A stretch of 64,000 nt of DNA from an uncultured Bacillota bacterium (GCA_963804645.1 CAWDRG010000005.1:160001-224000), one strand, 5' to 3'. Positions 1 to 10,761 are shown, counted from the first letter of the stretch. The notes: generated by a model from the letters alone, not told the origin. Made by a program: numbers and translations.

Positions 1-2
1 AC

Positions 3-809
3 GCCTCGACCGACGAGACGCCGGAGGTGATCGAGCAGGCCCGCCGGCGGGCGCGGTGCACGATTCGCACGACGCGGATGCCCCACCGCGCCGGGGTGCC
101 GGCAACGAGAAACGCCGCGATCCAGCAGGCTGAGGGCGAGGTCATCGTCTTCGTCGACGACGACTCGCTCGCGCCCCCGCAGTTTCTCGCCGCGCACCTC
201 GCCGCACACACGGCCCATCCCGAGGGGATCGTCGGCCGCGGGCCGGTGATCGTCGTCCAGGACCTGGACCGGCCGTTCGACGCCCGCGGCAACGTCCTGG
301 ACATCTCGACCGCATACTTCGACACGGACAACGGCTCGGTGCGCCTGCGGGACCTGCTCGAGGCGGGCCTGTTCGACGAGGCGTTTTTCCCGTACGGGTG
401 GGAGGGTCTCGATCTCGGAATTCGGCTGCGGCGGCTCGGCCTCAAGCGCGTGTTCTGCAAGAGCGCCGCGCTCTACCATTACCGCCCGGAGATCTCCCCC
501 GGCGCCCTCGGAGGAATGCTGATCAAGGAAGAAGAACGGGCGCGCACCGCCAGGATCTTCTTCGCCAAGCATCCGACGCTCGAATCGCGATTTGCCGTGC
601 AATTGACCCCGCTCCACCTGCTGCTCAACACGCTCCAGCGCGGGTTCGGGCTCGTCACGGCCGCCAACGTCGAAGCGCTGGTCCAGCGGACGCAGCGTTG
701 GGGCATCCCGGGCGTCGGCCGCGTGCTGCTCTCGGGCGTGCTGAACGAGCGGTACCTCGCGCAGCTGAGAGCCGTGCCGGACCGCCCGGAACGCGCCCCG
801 AACGGGTGA
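3..809 (+). CDS. Glycosyltransferase family 2 (5' partial, runs off window)
   Basis: Frame open from window start (ASTDET..); RN..I, IVFVDDD and FDEAF..YGWEGLDLG motifs typical of GT2. Confidence 0.9.
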   Translation, partial: ASTDETPEVIEQARRRARCTIRTTRMPHRAGVPATRNAAIQQAEGEVIVFVDDDSLAPPQFLAAHLAAHTAHPEGIVGRGPVIVVQDLDRPFDARGNVLDISTAYFDTDNGSVRLRDLLEAGLFDEAFFPYGWEGLDLGIRLRRLGLKRVFCKSAALYHYRPEISPGALGGMLIKEEERARTARIFFAKHPTLESRFAVQLTPLHLLLNTLQRGFGLVTAANVEALVQRTQRWGIPGVGRVLLSGVLNERYLAQLRAVPDRPERAPNG

Positions 810-1816
810 CGCGCGTGGAGATCAGCGTCGTCATCCCGACGTTCAACAGCCGGGACGTCCTGCGCCGGACGATCGACGCGCTCGCCCGGCAGACGCTGCC
901 GCCGGGCGCCTATGAGGTCGTCGTCGCGGACGACGGCTCCACCGACGGGACCGCGGAGATGGTCGCCGACGCCGCGCGCGGCGCGATCGAGATCCGCTAC
1001 GTCGCCCAGCCCAACCGTGGGCGCTCCGCCGCGCGCAACTTGGGGGTACGCGCCGCCCGGGGACGCATCGTGCTGTTCATCGACGCCGACATTTGGGCGG
1101 CCCCATCGCTCCTCGAGGCGCATCTCGGACACTACGCTCCGGACGCGGGGCGGCTCGGCGTGCAGGGGCGCAGCCTCACGCACCCCGACGCCCGCGTGAC
1201 CCCGTTCATGCGGGCGCGCGAGATCACCCCCGACCTGTCCGTGCGCCGGCGGCACGACCTGTCGCCGGTGCACATCATCACGCGCAACTTTTCCGTGCTG
1301 CGCTCTGAGTTCGAGGCGGTCGGCGGGTTCGACGAAGGGTTCACCGGCTACGGGTGGGAGGATATCGAGCTCGCGATGCGGCTGCACGCACGGGGCGTGA
1401 CGTTCGACTACGATCCCGAGGCGCTCGGCTATCATTACCATGTCGAGACGCTCGAGGGCATCCGGCAGAAGCTGCGCCAAGCCGGGGCGGGGGCCGTCTA
1501 CTTCTGGCGCAAGTACAACCGGTCGCGTCAGCTCGGGTTCTTTCTCGAGATCGCTCCGGCCGCGCTGCCCATCAAATGGCTCGTGTTCCGGACCCCGCTC
1601 GCGATGCCCCTGTTTCGCTGGCTCCTGCCGCGCGCCGAGCGCCGCGAGTGGCTGCTACTGGCGAACGAATGCTATACCGAGTTGATCTGGGAAGCCTACT
1701 ACGAGGGCGTGTTCGAGGCGCGGCGGCAGCCGTGGCCCCCGCGCGAGGCCGCGGCGCCGGCGGCGCGCGTCGGCACGCCGGTCGCCCCGCGCGGCCCCGG
1801 TCCCCATGGAGATTAG
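806..1816 (+). CDS. Glycosyltransferase family 2
   Basis: GTGA overlap with upstream stop; ISVVIPTFN, DDGSTD, FIDAD, GGFDEGF.GYGWED. Confidence 0.92.
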   Translation: MTRVEISVVIPTFNSRDVLRRTIDALARQTLPPGAYEVVVADDGSTDGTAEMVADAARGAIEIRYVAQPNRGRSAARNLGVRAARGRIVLFIDADIWAAPSLLEAHLGHYAPDAGRLGVQGRSLTHPDARVTPFMRAREITPDLSVRRRHDLSPVHIITRNFSVLRSEFEAVGGFDEGFTGYGWEDIELAMRLHARGVTFDYDPEALGYHYHVETLEGIRQKLRQAGAGAVYFWRKYNRSRQLGFFLEIAPAALPIKWLVFRTPLAMPLFRWLLPRAERREWLLLANECYTELIWEAYYEGVFEARRQPWPPREAAAPAARVGTPVAPRGPGPHGD

Positions 1817-2786
1817 CGTCGTCGTCCTGGCCTACAACAACCGCGAGGTCCTGCGCACCGCGCTCGCGCGCCTGGCCGCGCAGGACTTTCCCCGCGACGC
1901 ATACGAGGTGATCGTCTCCGACGACGGGTCGACGGACGGCACGGCCGAGATGCTCCGCGCGCTCGAGTTTCCGGCAACGCTGCGGCACGTGGTCGGCCCC
2001 CACGCCGGCATCTCCGCGGTGCGCAACCGTGGGGCGCGGGCGGCGCGCGGCCGGGCGGTGCTGTTCATGGACTCCGACTTCTGGGCCGAGCCGGGGCTCA
2101 TCGCGGCGCACCACCGCCACTACCCGCCCGGCGCCGCGAAGGTCGCCGTGCAGGGCGCGACGCCGATTCACCGGGACAGCCTCACGACGCCGTTCATGCG
2201 GGTGAAAGAGGTGAGCCCGGACCTCACGGTCCGAAGCCGCCACCGGATGTCGCCGTACCACACGATCTTCCGCAATGCGTCGGTGCTCAAGACGGACCTA
2301 GAGGCGGCCGGGGGGTTCGACGAAGCGTTTCCCGGCTACGGCTACGAGGATCTGGACCTGGCGCTGCGGATGTCGGCGGCGGGCGTCGCGTTCGAGTACG
2401 AACCCGACGCGGTCGGCTTCCACTACCACGTGGAGGATCTCGTCGGCGTCCAGCGGAAGATGCACGACGCCGGGAGGTCCGCCTGGTATCTTTGGAACAA
2501 GCACGGGCGGGATCGCCAGCTCGGCCTCTTCCTCGAGATTCTTCCGTGGATGCTGCCGGTAAAGCGCCTCGTGTACGGCACGCCGCTGGTGATGCCGCTC
2601 CTGCGCGGGCTGGTCCCGATCGGCGAGCGCCGCGGCTGGCTGCTGCTCCTGAACGAATGCTACAAGAATCTGCTGCAGGAAGCGTACTACGGCGGGGTAT
2701 TCGAGGCCCAGCGGTCACCCGCCGCGAGGTCGCGCGAGCGCGCCCCCACCGCGCTGGGGGGAGGACCCGATCATGGCGGCACGTGA
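1806..2786 (+). CDS. Glycosyltransferase family 2 (paralog of upstream gene)
   Basis: ISVVVLAYN, DDGSTD, FMDSD, GGFDEAF.GYGYED; shares PDL.VR.RH and QLG.FLEI segments with 806-1816. Confidence 0.92.
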   Translation: MEISVVVLAYNNREVLRTALARLAAQDFPRDAYEVIVSDDGSTDGTAEMLRALEFPATLRHVVGPHAGISAVRNRGARAARGRAVLFMDSDFWAEPGLIAAHHRHYPPGAAKVAVQGATPIHRDSLTTPFMRVKEVSPDLTVRSRHRMSPYHTIFRNASVLKTDLEAAGGFDEAFPGYGYEDLDLALRMSAAGVAFEYEPDAVGFHYHVEDLVGVQRKMHDAGRSAWYLWNKHGRDRQLGLFLEILPWMLPVKRLVYGTPLVMPLLRGLVPIGERRGWLLLLNECYKNLLQEAYYGGVFEAQRSPAARSRERAPTALGGGPDHGGT

Positions 2787-3774
2787 CTCGACCGTAGAGA
2801 TCTCCGTCATCGTCCCCGTGTACAACGAGGCGGAGAGCCTGGACGCGATGTACGAAGAAGTCGCGACGGTCCTGGACCGGCTCGGCCGGCCCTGGGAGAT
2901 CGTCTGCGTCGACGACGGCAGCACCGACGACAGCTTCCGGGTGCTGGAGCGGCTCGTCGACCGGGATGCCCGCGTCGTCGCGGTGCAGCTGCGGCGCAAC
3001 TTCGGCCAGACCGCGGCGATCGCGGCCGGCGTGCACCAGGCGCGCGGCGAGATCATCGTGCCGATGGACGCGGATCTCCAGAACGACCCCGCGGACATCC
3101 CGCGGCTGCTCGCCAAGATCGACGAGGGCTACGACGTCGCGAGCGGGTGGCGGCGCGACCGCGCCGATCCGTTCCTGAGCCGGCGCCTCCCGTCGATCGT
3201 CGCGAACTACACGATCTCGGCCGTCCTCGGGCTCAAGCTCCACGATTACGGCTGCACGCTCAAGGCCTACCGGCGAGAGGTCCTGGACCACGTCCATCTC
3301 TACGGCGAGATGCACCGGCTGATCCCGGCGTATGCGGCGTCGATCGGGGCCCGGATCACCGAGGTGCCGATCAACCACCGGCCGCGGCGCTTCGGCCGAT
3401 CGAAGTACGGCATCGTCCGCACGCTGAAGGTCCTCCTCGACCTGATGACCGTCCGGTTCCTCAGCGGATACCTCACCAAGCCGATCTATGTCTTCGGCGG
3501 GGCCGGATTCGCGGTCGCCGGGGTCGGGATCGTCGTCACCGCGGTCGTCATCGTTCAGAAGCTCGCGTATGGCGTGTGGGTCCACCTGAACCCGCTCGCG
3601 TGGATTGCGGGCTTCTGCTTCCTCTCGGCGCTCCAGCTCATCCTGATGGGCCTCCTGGCCGAGTTGATCGTCCGAACCTACCACGAATCGCAGGCGAAGC
3701 CGATCTACGTGGTACGGCTCGTGTACCACCACGAGGATGCGGGCCGTGTGCGGGATCTCGGGGTTCACCGGTAG
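2773..3774 (+). CDS. Polyprenol-phosphate glycosyltransferase (ArnC/DPM1-like GT2, two C-terminal TMs)
   Basis: VPVYNE, DDGSTD, RNFGQTAA, MDADLQNDP, R..GRSKY, two hydrophobic helices. Confidence 0.92.
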   Translation: MAARDSTVEISVIVPVYNEAESLDAMYEEVATVLDRLGRPWEIVCVDDGSTDDSFRVLERLVDRDARVVAVQLRRNFGQTAAIAAGVHQARGEIIVPMDADLQNDPADIPRLLAKIDEGYDVASGWRRDRADPFLSRRLPSIVANYTISAVLGLKLHDYGCTLKAYRREVLDHVHLYGEMHRLIPAYAASIGARITEVPINHRPRRFGRSKYGIVRTLKVLLDLMTVRFLSGYLTKPIYVFGGAGFAVAGVGIVVTAVVIVQKLAYGVWVHLNPLAWIAGFCFLSALQLILMGLLAELIVRTYHESQAKPIYVVRLVYHHEDAGRVRDLGVHR

Positions 3775-5641
3775 CCTCCCCGGAATCGGGCGCGCGGAGG
3801 CGGTCATCCGCGCGATGTGCGACGCGATCCGCCACCGCGGCCCCGACGACGACGGGTACTACGTCGGCGAGGGCGCGGTCCTCGGCGCGCGCCGCCTGAG
3901 CATCATCGACGTCGCCGGCGGGCACCAGCCGATCGGCAATGAGGACGGGACGGCCTGGGTCGCCTTCAACGGCGAGATCTACAACTTCCTCGCGCTCCGC
4001 GACCGTCTGGAGCGGGCCGGCCACCGCTTCCGCACCCGGTCCGACACGGAAGTGCTCGTCCATCTGTACGAGGAGCGCGGCCCGGACCTGGTCTCGGAGC
4101 TCGACGGCATGTTCGCGTTCGCGATCTGGGACAGCCCGCGCCGCCGCCTCGTGCTCGCCCGGGACCGCATGGGCAAGAAGCCGCTCCACTACGCGCTCGT
4201 CGGCGGCGGCCTCGTGTTCGCGTCCGAGCTGAAGGCCCTGCTCCGCCATCCGGCGGTGCCGCGCGCGCTCTCGCTCCCGGCCCTCGCGCGCTATCTCGCG
4301 TTCGACTACGTGCCGGCGCCCCACACCATCTTCACGGGCCTCGCGAAACTCCCGCCCGGCCACGTGCTCGTCTACGAGGACGGCCGCGCGCGCCTCACCC
4401 AGTACTGGGACCTGCCGGCGCCCGACGACGACGGCGCCGACGTCGCCGAGGCGGCGGAGCGGCTCGCGCACCTGCTGGACCAGGCGACGCAGCGCCGCCT
4501 CATCAGCGACGTGCCGCTCGGCGCCTTCCTCAGCGGCGGGATCGACTCGTCGGCCGTCACGGCGCTGATGGCGAGGCACCTCTCGACGCCCGTCAAGACC
4601 TTCAGCATCGGCTTCGACGAGCCGTCGTTCGATGAGTCGCCGTACGCGCGCGAGGTGGCGGCGTGCCTCGGCACCGACCACCACGAGGAGATCCTGGCGC
4701 CGAGCGTCATGCTGGGCCTCGTGGAGCGGCTCGGGGAGATCCTCGACGAGCCGCTCGCGGACGCGTCGATCCTCCCGACCTTCCTGCTGTCCCAGTACAC
4801 GCGCCGCCACGTGACCGTGGCGCTCTCGGGCGACGGCGGCGACGAGCTGTTCGCGGGCTACCCCACCTACCAGGCGCACCAGGTCGCGCGGCGGCTCGAC
4901 TGGACGCCGCGCCCGGTGCTGTCCGGCGCGCGGGCGCTGGCGGCCCGTCTCCCCGTCTCCTACGGCGACCTCAGCCTGGATTTCAAGATCCGCCGGTTCC
5001 TCTCCGGGCTCGGCCGGCCCCTTCCGATGCGGCACACGGCGTGGATGGGCACGTTTGGGGTCGACGAGCTCCCCTCGCTGCTCCAGCCGGACGTGTGGCG
5101 CGCGATCGAGGCGGACGACGTCTTCGCGGAGGTGCGCGCCTACGCGACCGCGGCGGCGGACCGCGGGTGGCTCGGCACGTTGCTGTACCTCGACGCCAAA
5201 CTCTACCTCCAGGACGGCGTGCTGGTGAAGGTCGACCGCGCCAGCATGGCGTGCTCGCTCGAGGTGCGGTCCCCGTTCCTCGACACGGCCGTCGTCGAGT
5301 TCGCGAGCCGCTTGCCCGCCCGTCAGAAGCTGCGGGGCCTGACGACGAAGTTTCTGTTGAAGCGGAGCCTTCGAGGCGTCCTGCCGGAGCGGATTCTCAA
5401 CCGGCGCAAGAAGGGGTTCGGGATCCCGGTCGGGCTGTGGATCCGGGGGCCGTGGCGCGACCTCTTCCACGATATGCTGGCGCCCGACCGCCTGGCCCGC
5501 CAGGGACTGCTCAACCCCGACGCGGTCACGCGGCTGCTCGCGGAGCATCTCGGGGGCACGCACGACCACCGCAAGAAGCTGTGGAACCTCTTCGTCCTGC
5601 AGCTCTGGCACCGCGCGTACCTCGAGGCGCCCGCGGCGTAA
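3746..5641 (+). CDS. asnB: Asparagine synthase (glutamine-hydrolyzing)-type amidotransferase
   Basis: GTG-CGI Ntn start, HRGPD, RLSIID, FNGEIYN, LSGGIDSS, SGDGGDELFAGY, KKGFGIP; likely acts on a glycan given context. Confidence 0.93.
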   Translation: MCGISGFTGSLPGIGRAEAVIRAMCDAIRHRGPDDDGYYVGEGAVLGARRLSIIDVAGGHQPIGNEDGTAWVAFNGEIYNFLALRDRLERAGHRFRTRSDTEVLVHLYEERGPDLVSELDGMFAFAIWDSPRRRLVLARDRMGKKPLHYALVGGGLVFASELKALLRHPAVPRALSLPALARYLAFDYVPAPHTIFTGLAKLPPGHVLVYEDGRARLTQYWDLPAPDDDGADVAEAAERLAHLLDQATQRRLISDVPLGAFLSGGIDSSAVTALMARHLSTPVKTFSIGFDEPSFDESPYAREVAACLGTDHHEEILAPSVMLGLVERLGEILDEPLADASILPTFLLSQYTRRHVTVALSGDGGDELFAGYPTYQAHQVARRLDWTPRPVLSGARALAARLPVSYGDLSLDFKIRRFLSGLGRPLPMRHTAWMGTFGVDELPSLLQPDVWRAIEADDVFAEVRAYATAAADRGWLGTLLYLDAKLYLQDGVLVKVDRASMACSLEVRSPFLDTAVVEFASRLPARQKLRGLTTKFLLKRSLRGVLPERILNRRKKGFGIPVGLWIRGPWRDLFHDMLAPDRLARQGLLNPDAVTRLLAEHLGGTHDHRKKLWNLFVLQLWHRAYLEAPAA

Positions 5642-5663
5642 CCCGCCTCCGTGCGGTCGCGAT

Positions 5664-6647
5664 CTACGTCGTGCGGGCCGGGTCCCCGCCCGGGGCGATC
5701 GAGTCGCGCGACGCCCGGAACCATTCGACGAACTTCGCCACCCCGGCCGCGAGGTCGGTGGACGGCGCGTAGCCGAGATCCCGGCCCGCGAGCGTGACGT
5801 CGGCGTGCGTCACCGGGACGTCCCCCGGCTGGTCGGGCTGCCGCGAGATCACGGCCGGTTTGCCGACCGCGCGCTCAAGCAGGGCGATCAGATCGCGCAG
5901 CATGACGGTGTCGTGCGTCCCGAGGTTGTAGATCCGGAATCCCCCCGGGCGCTCGATCGCCCGCACGATCCCGTCGACGATATCATCGATGTACGTGAAA
6001 TCCCTGCGCGCGGTCCCGTCCCCGTACATCGGCACCGGCTGCCCCGCGTCGATCAGCCGCACGAAGCGATGGATCGCCATGTCCGGACGCTGCCGCGGCC
6101 CGTACACGGTAAAGAACCGGAGGCACGTGACCGGCGTCCCATAGAGATGTTCGTAGGCGCGGCAAAAGTACTCCCCTGCGAGCTTCGTGACCCCGTACGG
6201 CGACGCGGGGAGCAGCCGGCTCCGCTCCTCGTTGAACGGGACGTCGGGCGACACCCCGTAGACCGAGGACGACGACCCAAACACGAGGTGCGCGGTCCGG
6301 TGGCGGCGGCACGCCTCGAGCAGCGTGATCGTGCCCTGCACGTTGGTGTGCTCGTACGCGGCAGGGTCCGCGAGCGAGGGGCGCACGCCCGCCCGGGCCG
6401 CCAGGTGGACCACGGCATCCGCCCGGTCCGCCAGCAGCCGGTCCAGCAGCGCGCCGTCGCCGATATCGCCTTCCACCAGGCGGAAGCGCGGCGAGCGTAG
6501 CGCCGCGGCGAGGTTCTGACGCTTGATCCCGACGTCATAATACGCGTCGAAGTTGTCGAGGCACGTGATCTCGTGACCGAGCGCGAGCAGGCGCTCGCTC
6601 AATGACGATCCGATGAATCCAGCGCCGCCGGTAACGAGGATCTTCAT
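5664..6647 (-). CDS. NAD-dependent epimerase/dehydratase (UDP-glucuronate 4-epimerase-like)
   Basis: MKILVTGGAGFIGS, HLAARAGVRPS, YGVTK, RFFTVYGPRQRPDMA. Confidence 0.93.
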   Translation of the reverse strand: MKILVTGGAGFIGSSLSERLLALGHEITCLDNFDAYYDVGIKRQNLAAALRSPRFRLVEGDIGDGALLDRLLADRADAVVHLAARAGVRPSLADPAAYEHTNVQGTITLLEACRRHRTAHLVFGSSSSVYGVSPDVPFNEERSRLLPASPYGVTKLAGEYFCRAYEHLYGTPVTCLRFFTVYGPRQRPDMAIHRFVRLIDAGQPVPMYGDGTARRDFTYIDDIVDGIVRAIERPGGFRIYNLGTHDTVMLRDLIALLERAVGKPAVISRQPDQPGDVPVTHADVTLAGRDLGYAPSTDLAAGVAKFVEWFRASRDSIAPGGDPARTT

Positions 6648-6706
6648 CACCGAGCCATCTCCCGTGTCCGCCGTGTTCGGCACATCCACATTATCGCGCA
6701 TCCGAT

Positions 6707-8360
6707 CTACGGGGCGCACCGGGCCCCCGCCGCCTTGACGAGGACCAGCACACCCCCCCGCGCGTCGAAGCGGGAGAGGACCGCGGGCAGCGGGGCCCGA
6801 GCCAGCTCGTCTTGGCTGCCCACGACGAAGACCCGCCCGGGCGCGCACACCGCCGCGCGCAGGACGGCGGGATCGTCGATCCAGTCCACGTGATGGTCCG
6901 TGTAGTAGATGAGCGACGAGTAGATGTCGAACCGGTAGCCGATGATGCGGTCTCCGGGGCCGAGGGCGGCGCGAATCTCGAGCGCGAGCGGCTTCATCGG
7001 TTTCTCCGCCTCGACCACGGGCATCGCCCACGTCAGCACGCTCAGCCACGTCACGGCCATCGTCGCGCAGAGCGCCACCAGCGCCGCGAGCCGGCCGCCG
7101 GCTGCGGTAAGCGCGAGCACGACGGCGACGCCGATCGCAAGCACCGCGGCCGGGACCGCGAGCACGTGCCCGTACGTATGAAAGCGGTCCGGATAGAGAT
7201 GGGCGAGATACCCGCCGACCGCCCAGAACAGCGCGGCGAGCAGCACCACGAGCAGCCCGAGCGAGACCCAAAGCCCCCACCCGGCCCGCTTCGCGCCGAG
7301 CGCCGCATCCCACCACGCCGCGACGCCGACCGCCGCCAGCGGGTAGATCGGCAGCACATAGTTCGGCAGCTTCGTCCCCGCCGCGGAGTAGAAGACGAAG
7401 GTCAGGACGCACCACAGCGCGACGAACAGGCTGCCGTCGTCGCGCAGCCGGCCACCGTGGAAGATCGCCGCCGCCGGCCAGAACGCGGTCCACGGGAACG
7501 CCCCGATGGCCAGAATCGGCATGTAGTAGTACCAGGGACCGGCCTGGTCTTCGACCACGCCGAAGAACCGGCCCACGCCATAGTAGCCGAACACGGTCGA
7601 TGCGAACACGCCCTCCGTGCAGCCACGTCTCGAGCGCGTACCACGTCAGGCCGACGACCGCGTACAGCGCGATCCCGGCGAGCCAGGGGACTTCCCGCGC
7701 GCGGTGCCACGCTCCGCGGACGGTCACGAACACCGCCCCCACGAGCCCGGGGAGAATCAGCCCGATCGGCCCTTTGGTCAGGGTGGCGAGCCCGCAGTAC
7801 AGGAAGAACCAGAGATAGTCCGCCCGCCGGCCCGTCCGGTACGCGCGGAGAAACGCGTGCGCGGCCAGCAGCATCCACGCGAGCAGCACCGTATCAAACA
7901 CCGCGAGCCGCGACTGGATGAGGAAGTGAAACGTGACCGCCAGAATCGCCCCGGCGAGCAGCCCCACCCGCGCGCCGAACAGCGCGCGGCCGATCAGGAC
8001 CGTCGCGTAGACGGCCACCACGCTGAACACGCCCGACCAGAACCGGACCGTGAACTCGCCGAACCCCACGGCGCCCGCCGTGAGCGCGGTCAGCCAGATG
8101 TACAGCGGGGGGTGCACGTACCACGGCGAGCCGTTGACGTGGAGCGTGATCCAGTCGCCCCGCTCCAGGATCTCCCGGGCGACCTGCGCGTACTTCGTCT
8201 CATCCTGATCCCACAGCGAGCCCGCGCCGAGCCGGTAGAATGTCAGGACGGTGACCCCGGTGAGCAGCGCGGCGGTCCACAGCCGCTCGTGCACCAGGCC
8301 CGCCCGATCGGCGGCTCCCGGCGGGGTCGCCGCGCCGGGTCCGGACCGGCCGGCCGTCAC
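6707..8360 (-). pseudogene. ArnT/GT83-like membrane glycosyltransferase, frameshifted near 7610 (pseudogene or sequencing error)
   Basis: N half (DQDETKY, HPPLYIW, LTKGPIG) is in one frame and C half (GPWYYY, TKLPNYVLPIYP) in another; removing one G from GGAGGGC restores a single ORF. Confidence 0.8.
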
Positions 8361-9490
8361 GCGCTCAGTCTCTCGACGAGGTACTGCGCGATCGCGGAGG
8401 ACCCGCCCGGGCCGCCCTGACGCTCCCGGCCCACGCGGCCGCGACGCTCGCGCTCCGCCGGGTCGCGCAGCAGCCGCGACGCTGCGGCGGCCCCCTCTTC
8501 CGGCGTCGCGGCGACCACGAGCGCCTCCCCGAGCAGCCGCTGCTGCTCGTCGAGAAAACGCGCCGTCACCTGCGGGCCGCGGCCGGGAAACGCGACGACG
8601 GGCTTGCCGAGACCGGCCGCCTGCTCGTGCGCCGCACCCGCCATGCCCAGCACGACCGTCGCGCGCGCGAGCGCGTCGGCAAACCGGTCGTCCGTCACGC
8701 GCACCTGAAGCCCGAGGTAGTCGAAGTGGTCGCCGTCCGTCCACCGTCCGCCCGAGGACTCGACGGACTCGCGGAGGCGGTCGCGCGGCAGATTGGGCGA
8801 CCAGGCGACCAGCACGCCGGGCCGCTCCGCGGTGCCGGCGTCGGCGCCCGCCGCCGCGCGGAGCAGCAGAAACAGATTCTCGAACGCCGCCGGCTTGCTG
8901 CCGGGCAAGAGCGTCAGGACCGGCCGGTCCGGAGAGATTCCAAACGTCTCGCCGGTGGGGTGGAGCGTGTCCATCAGCGTAAACCCGCGGTACTCCGCGG
9001 GGATCCCCTGGCGGCGCAGCGCGGCGGCGGTCTCCTCGTCTCGCGTGAACACCCGCGAGGCGGCCCGGCGGATCATCCACAGTTCGATCGCCGAGTGGGG
9101 ACCGACGTACTCCGACCGCGGCAGCGCGAGGTAGACGACCGGTCCTCCCGCCGCGGCGGCCATCCAGAGGCAGTACACGTCTCCGGCGGCCACGACCAGG
9201 GCCGCGCGGCCGCGTTGGGACCGCAGCGTGCGGCGCTGGGCGCCCCAAAACCGCAGCCACCCGCGCCGCAGATCCGCCCACAGCGCGGCGGGGCCGACCC
9301 GGGCGCCGAATCCGCCGCTGGGAAACTCGCGGCGCGGCTCGAGGAGCACGGTCCCTGCGGGATAGGCGTGCCCGAGGCCGACGAGCGGGTAGGCCAGCAC
9401 CTCGACCTGGCCGGGGGGCAGCGCGCGAATGACCTGCGCCACCTCGACGTCCTCCCCGTAGCCGTTGCTGACGACGAGCAGCTGTTTCAC
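8357..9490 (-). CDS. Lipid-A-disaccharide synthase-related GT-B protein
   Basis: VSNGYGED, YPLVGLG, PSGGF, LLPGS, MAGAAHEQAAGLGKPVVAFPGRGPQ; GTGA overlaps on both sides. Confidence 0.8.
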   Translation of the reverse strand: MKQLLVVSNGYGEDVEVAQVIRALPPGQVEVLAYPLVGLGHAYPAGTVLLEPRREFPSGGFGARVGPAALWADLRRGWLRFWGAQRRTLRSQRGRAALVVAAGDVYCLWMAAAAGGPVVYLALPRSEYVGPHSAIELWMIRRAASRVFTRDEETAAALRRQGIPAEYRGFTLMDTLHPTGETFGISPDRPVLTLLPGSKPAAFENLFLLLRAAAGADAGTAERPGVLVAWSPNLPRDRLRESVESSGGRWTDGDHFDYLGLQVRVTDDRFADALARATVVLGMAGAAHEQAAGLGKPVVAFPGRGPQVTARFLDEQQRLLGEALVVAATPEEGAAAASRLLRDPAERERRGRVGRERQGGPGGSSAIAQYLVERLSA

Positions 9491-10761
9491 GCGAGCGCGG
9501 CGCGCCGGCCGGGGGCAACGCGCAGCCACGGCGCCATCTCCTCCAGCATGCGCTGGGCGACCCCGGGCGGGGTCGAGTAGAGGCCCCGCAGCGCGTCGCT
9601 CGTCTCGCGGAGACCGGCGGGGTCCGCCAGCAGGGCGAGCGCGCGGCGTGCCACCTCGGCGGGCACGACGTGGCCCACCATCTCGGGCACCACCTGGCGG
9701 CCGGCCTCACGGTTCGGCCAGGCGACCAGCTGGCCCCGGCGTGTGAACCGCCACGCCATCGCGGTCTTGATCGCGGTCCCGAGCCCCGGGACCCGGCTCA
9801 GCCACTCGCTCATCCCCTCGGAGCGGATTCTGCCGGGCCGATCGAGCGGCAGCACGACGAGCATCGGCACCCCGAGCACCGCGAGTTCCACGGTGTTCGT
9901 CCCCGGCAGCGTGAGCGCGAGATCGCACGCCGCCAGCGCACGCAGGCGCTCGTCCTGCACCACGTCGATCGCGAGGGCGTCCAGGCGGTCCCGATACGGC
10001 GCGAGCAGGCGCGCGAGCCCGTCCCGCGTGAGGAACGGCGAGGCGATCACCGAGAAGCGGATCTCCGGACGGGCGGCGCGCATGGCGGCCGCGGTCTCGA
10101 GCAGGAACGGCAGCATCCCCTGCACGATCCAACCACGGCTGCCCGGCAGGAGTGCCACGTGCACGCCGCCCCTCGGCGCGCGGGTGAGATCCCGAAACGA
10201 CGCGAGATGGTCCACGCGGAGGTCGCCGACCACGCGCAGCCGGTCCCGCGCGACGCGCGCGGACTCGAGCCGGTCCGCCAGCGCCTGTGACGGCACGAAG
10301 ATGCGCTCAAACCGGCGCGCGCGCTTCCGCACCAGCTCGGTCTCGACATACGCGGCCGCGGGGAACCCGAGGCGCCGCCCCAGTGTCGCCGTGTACCACA
10401 GGTCGCCGCCGAGGTGCAGCACGCAGCCGGGCCCCGCCACCGGGAGGCGCCGGAGGCCCGCCACGAGCGCCAGGCACGCGCGCGGCCCGAGCACCCGCGT
10501 AAACGGTCCGCGCCGGCGCGCGTACGCGACCTCCTGCCCGCTCGCGAACTGGCACGGCGGGAGGATCAGCGACACGGCGAGCGGTGTGTCGCGGGACGCG
10601 GCCCACGCCGCGGCGGCCTCGGCCATGGGTACGGCCCAATTCGAGACCTCCCCCGGTCCGCTGGACACCAGCACCAGTTCGGCGGGGACGGAGGGACGGT
10701 CGCGGCCGGGACCGGCGGGATACGGGTCCGGCGCGGCGGAGGAACCACGGGGCGCCATCAC
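9487..10761 (-). CDS. LpxB-like lipid-A-disaccharide synthase family protein
   Basis: SSGPGEV..W, PC.FASG.E, LGGDL, LLPGSR, LTLPGTNT.ELA..GVP, WPN..A...VVPE; resembles cyanobacterial/Negativicutes LpxB. Confidence 0.75.
   Translation of the reverse strand: MMAPRGSSAAPDPYPAGPGRDRPSVPAELVLVSSGPGEVSNWAVPMAEAAAAWAASRDTPLAVSLILPPCQFASGQEVAYARRRGPFTRVLGPRACLALVAGLRRLPVAGPGCVLHLGGDLWYTATLGRRLGFPAAAYVETELVRKRARRFERIFVPSQALADRLESARVARDRLRVVGDLRVDHLASFRDLTRAPRGGVHVALLPGSRGWIVQGMLPFLLETAAAMRAARPEIRFSVIASPFLTRDGLARLLAPYRDRLDALAIDVVQDERLRALAACDLALTLPGTNTVELAVLGVPMLVVLPLDRPGRIRSEGMSEWLSRVPGLGTAIKTAMAWRFTRRGQLVAWPNREAGRQVVPEMVGHVVPAEVARRALALLADPAGLRETSDALRGLYSTPPGVAQRMLEEMAPWLRVAPGRRAALA

Noticed and set aside
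5664..9710. 1348-aa ORF as a giant ArnT-epimerase fusion
   Set aside because: Chance open frame joining off-frame sequence, the arnT N-half and the epimerase; real genes with their own starts explain it
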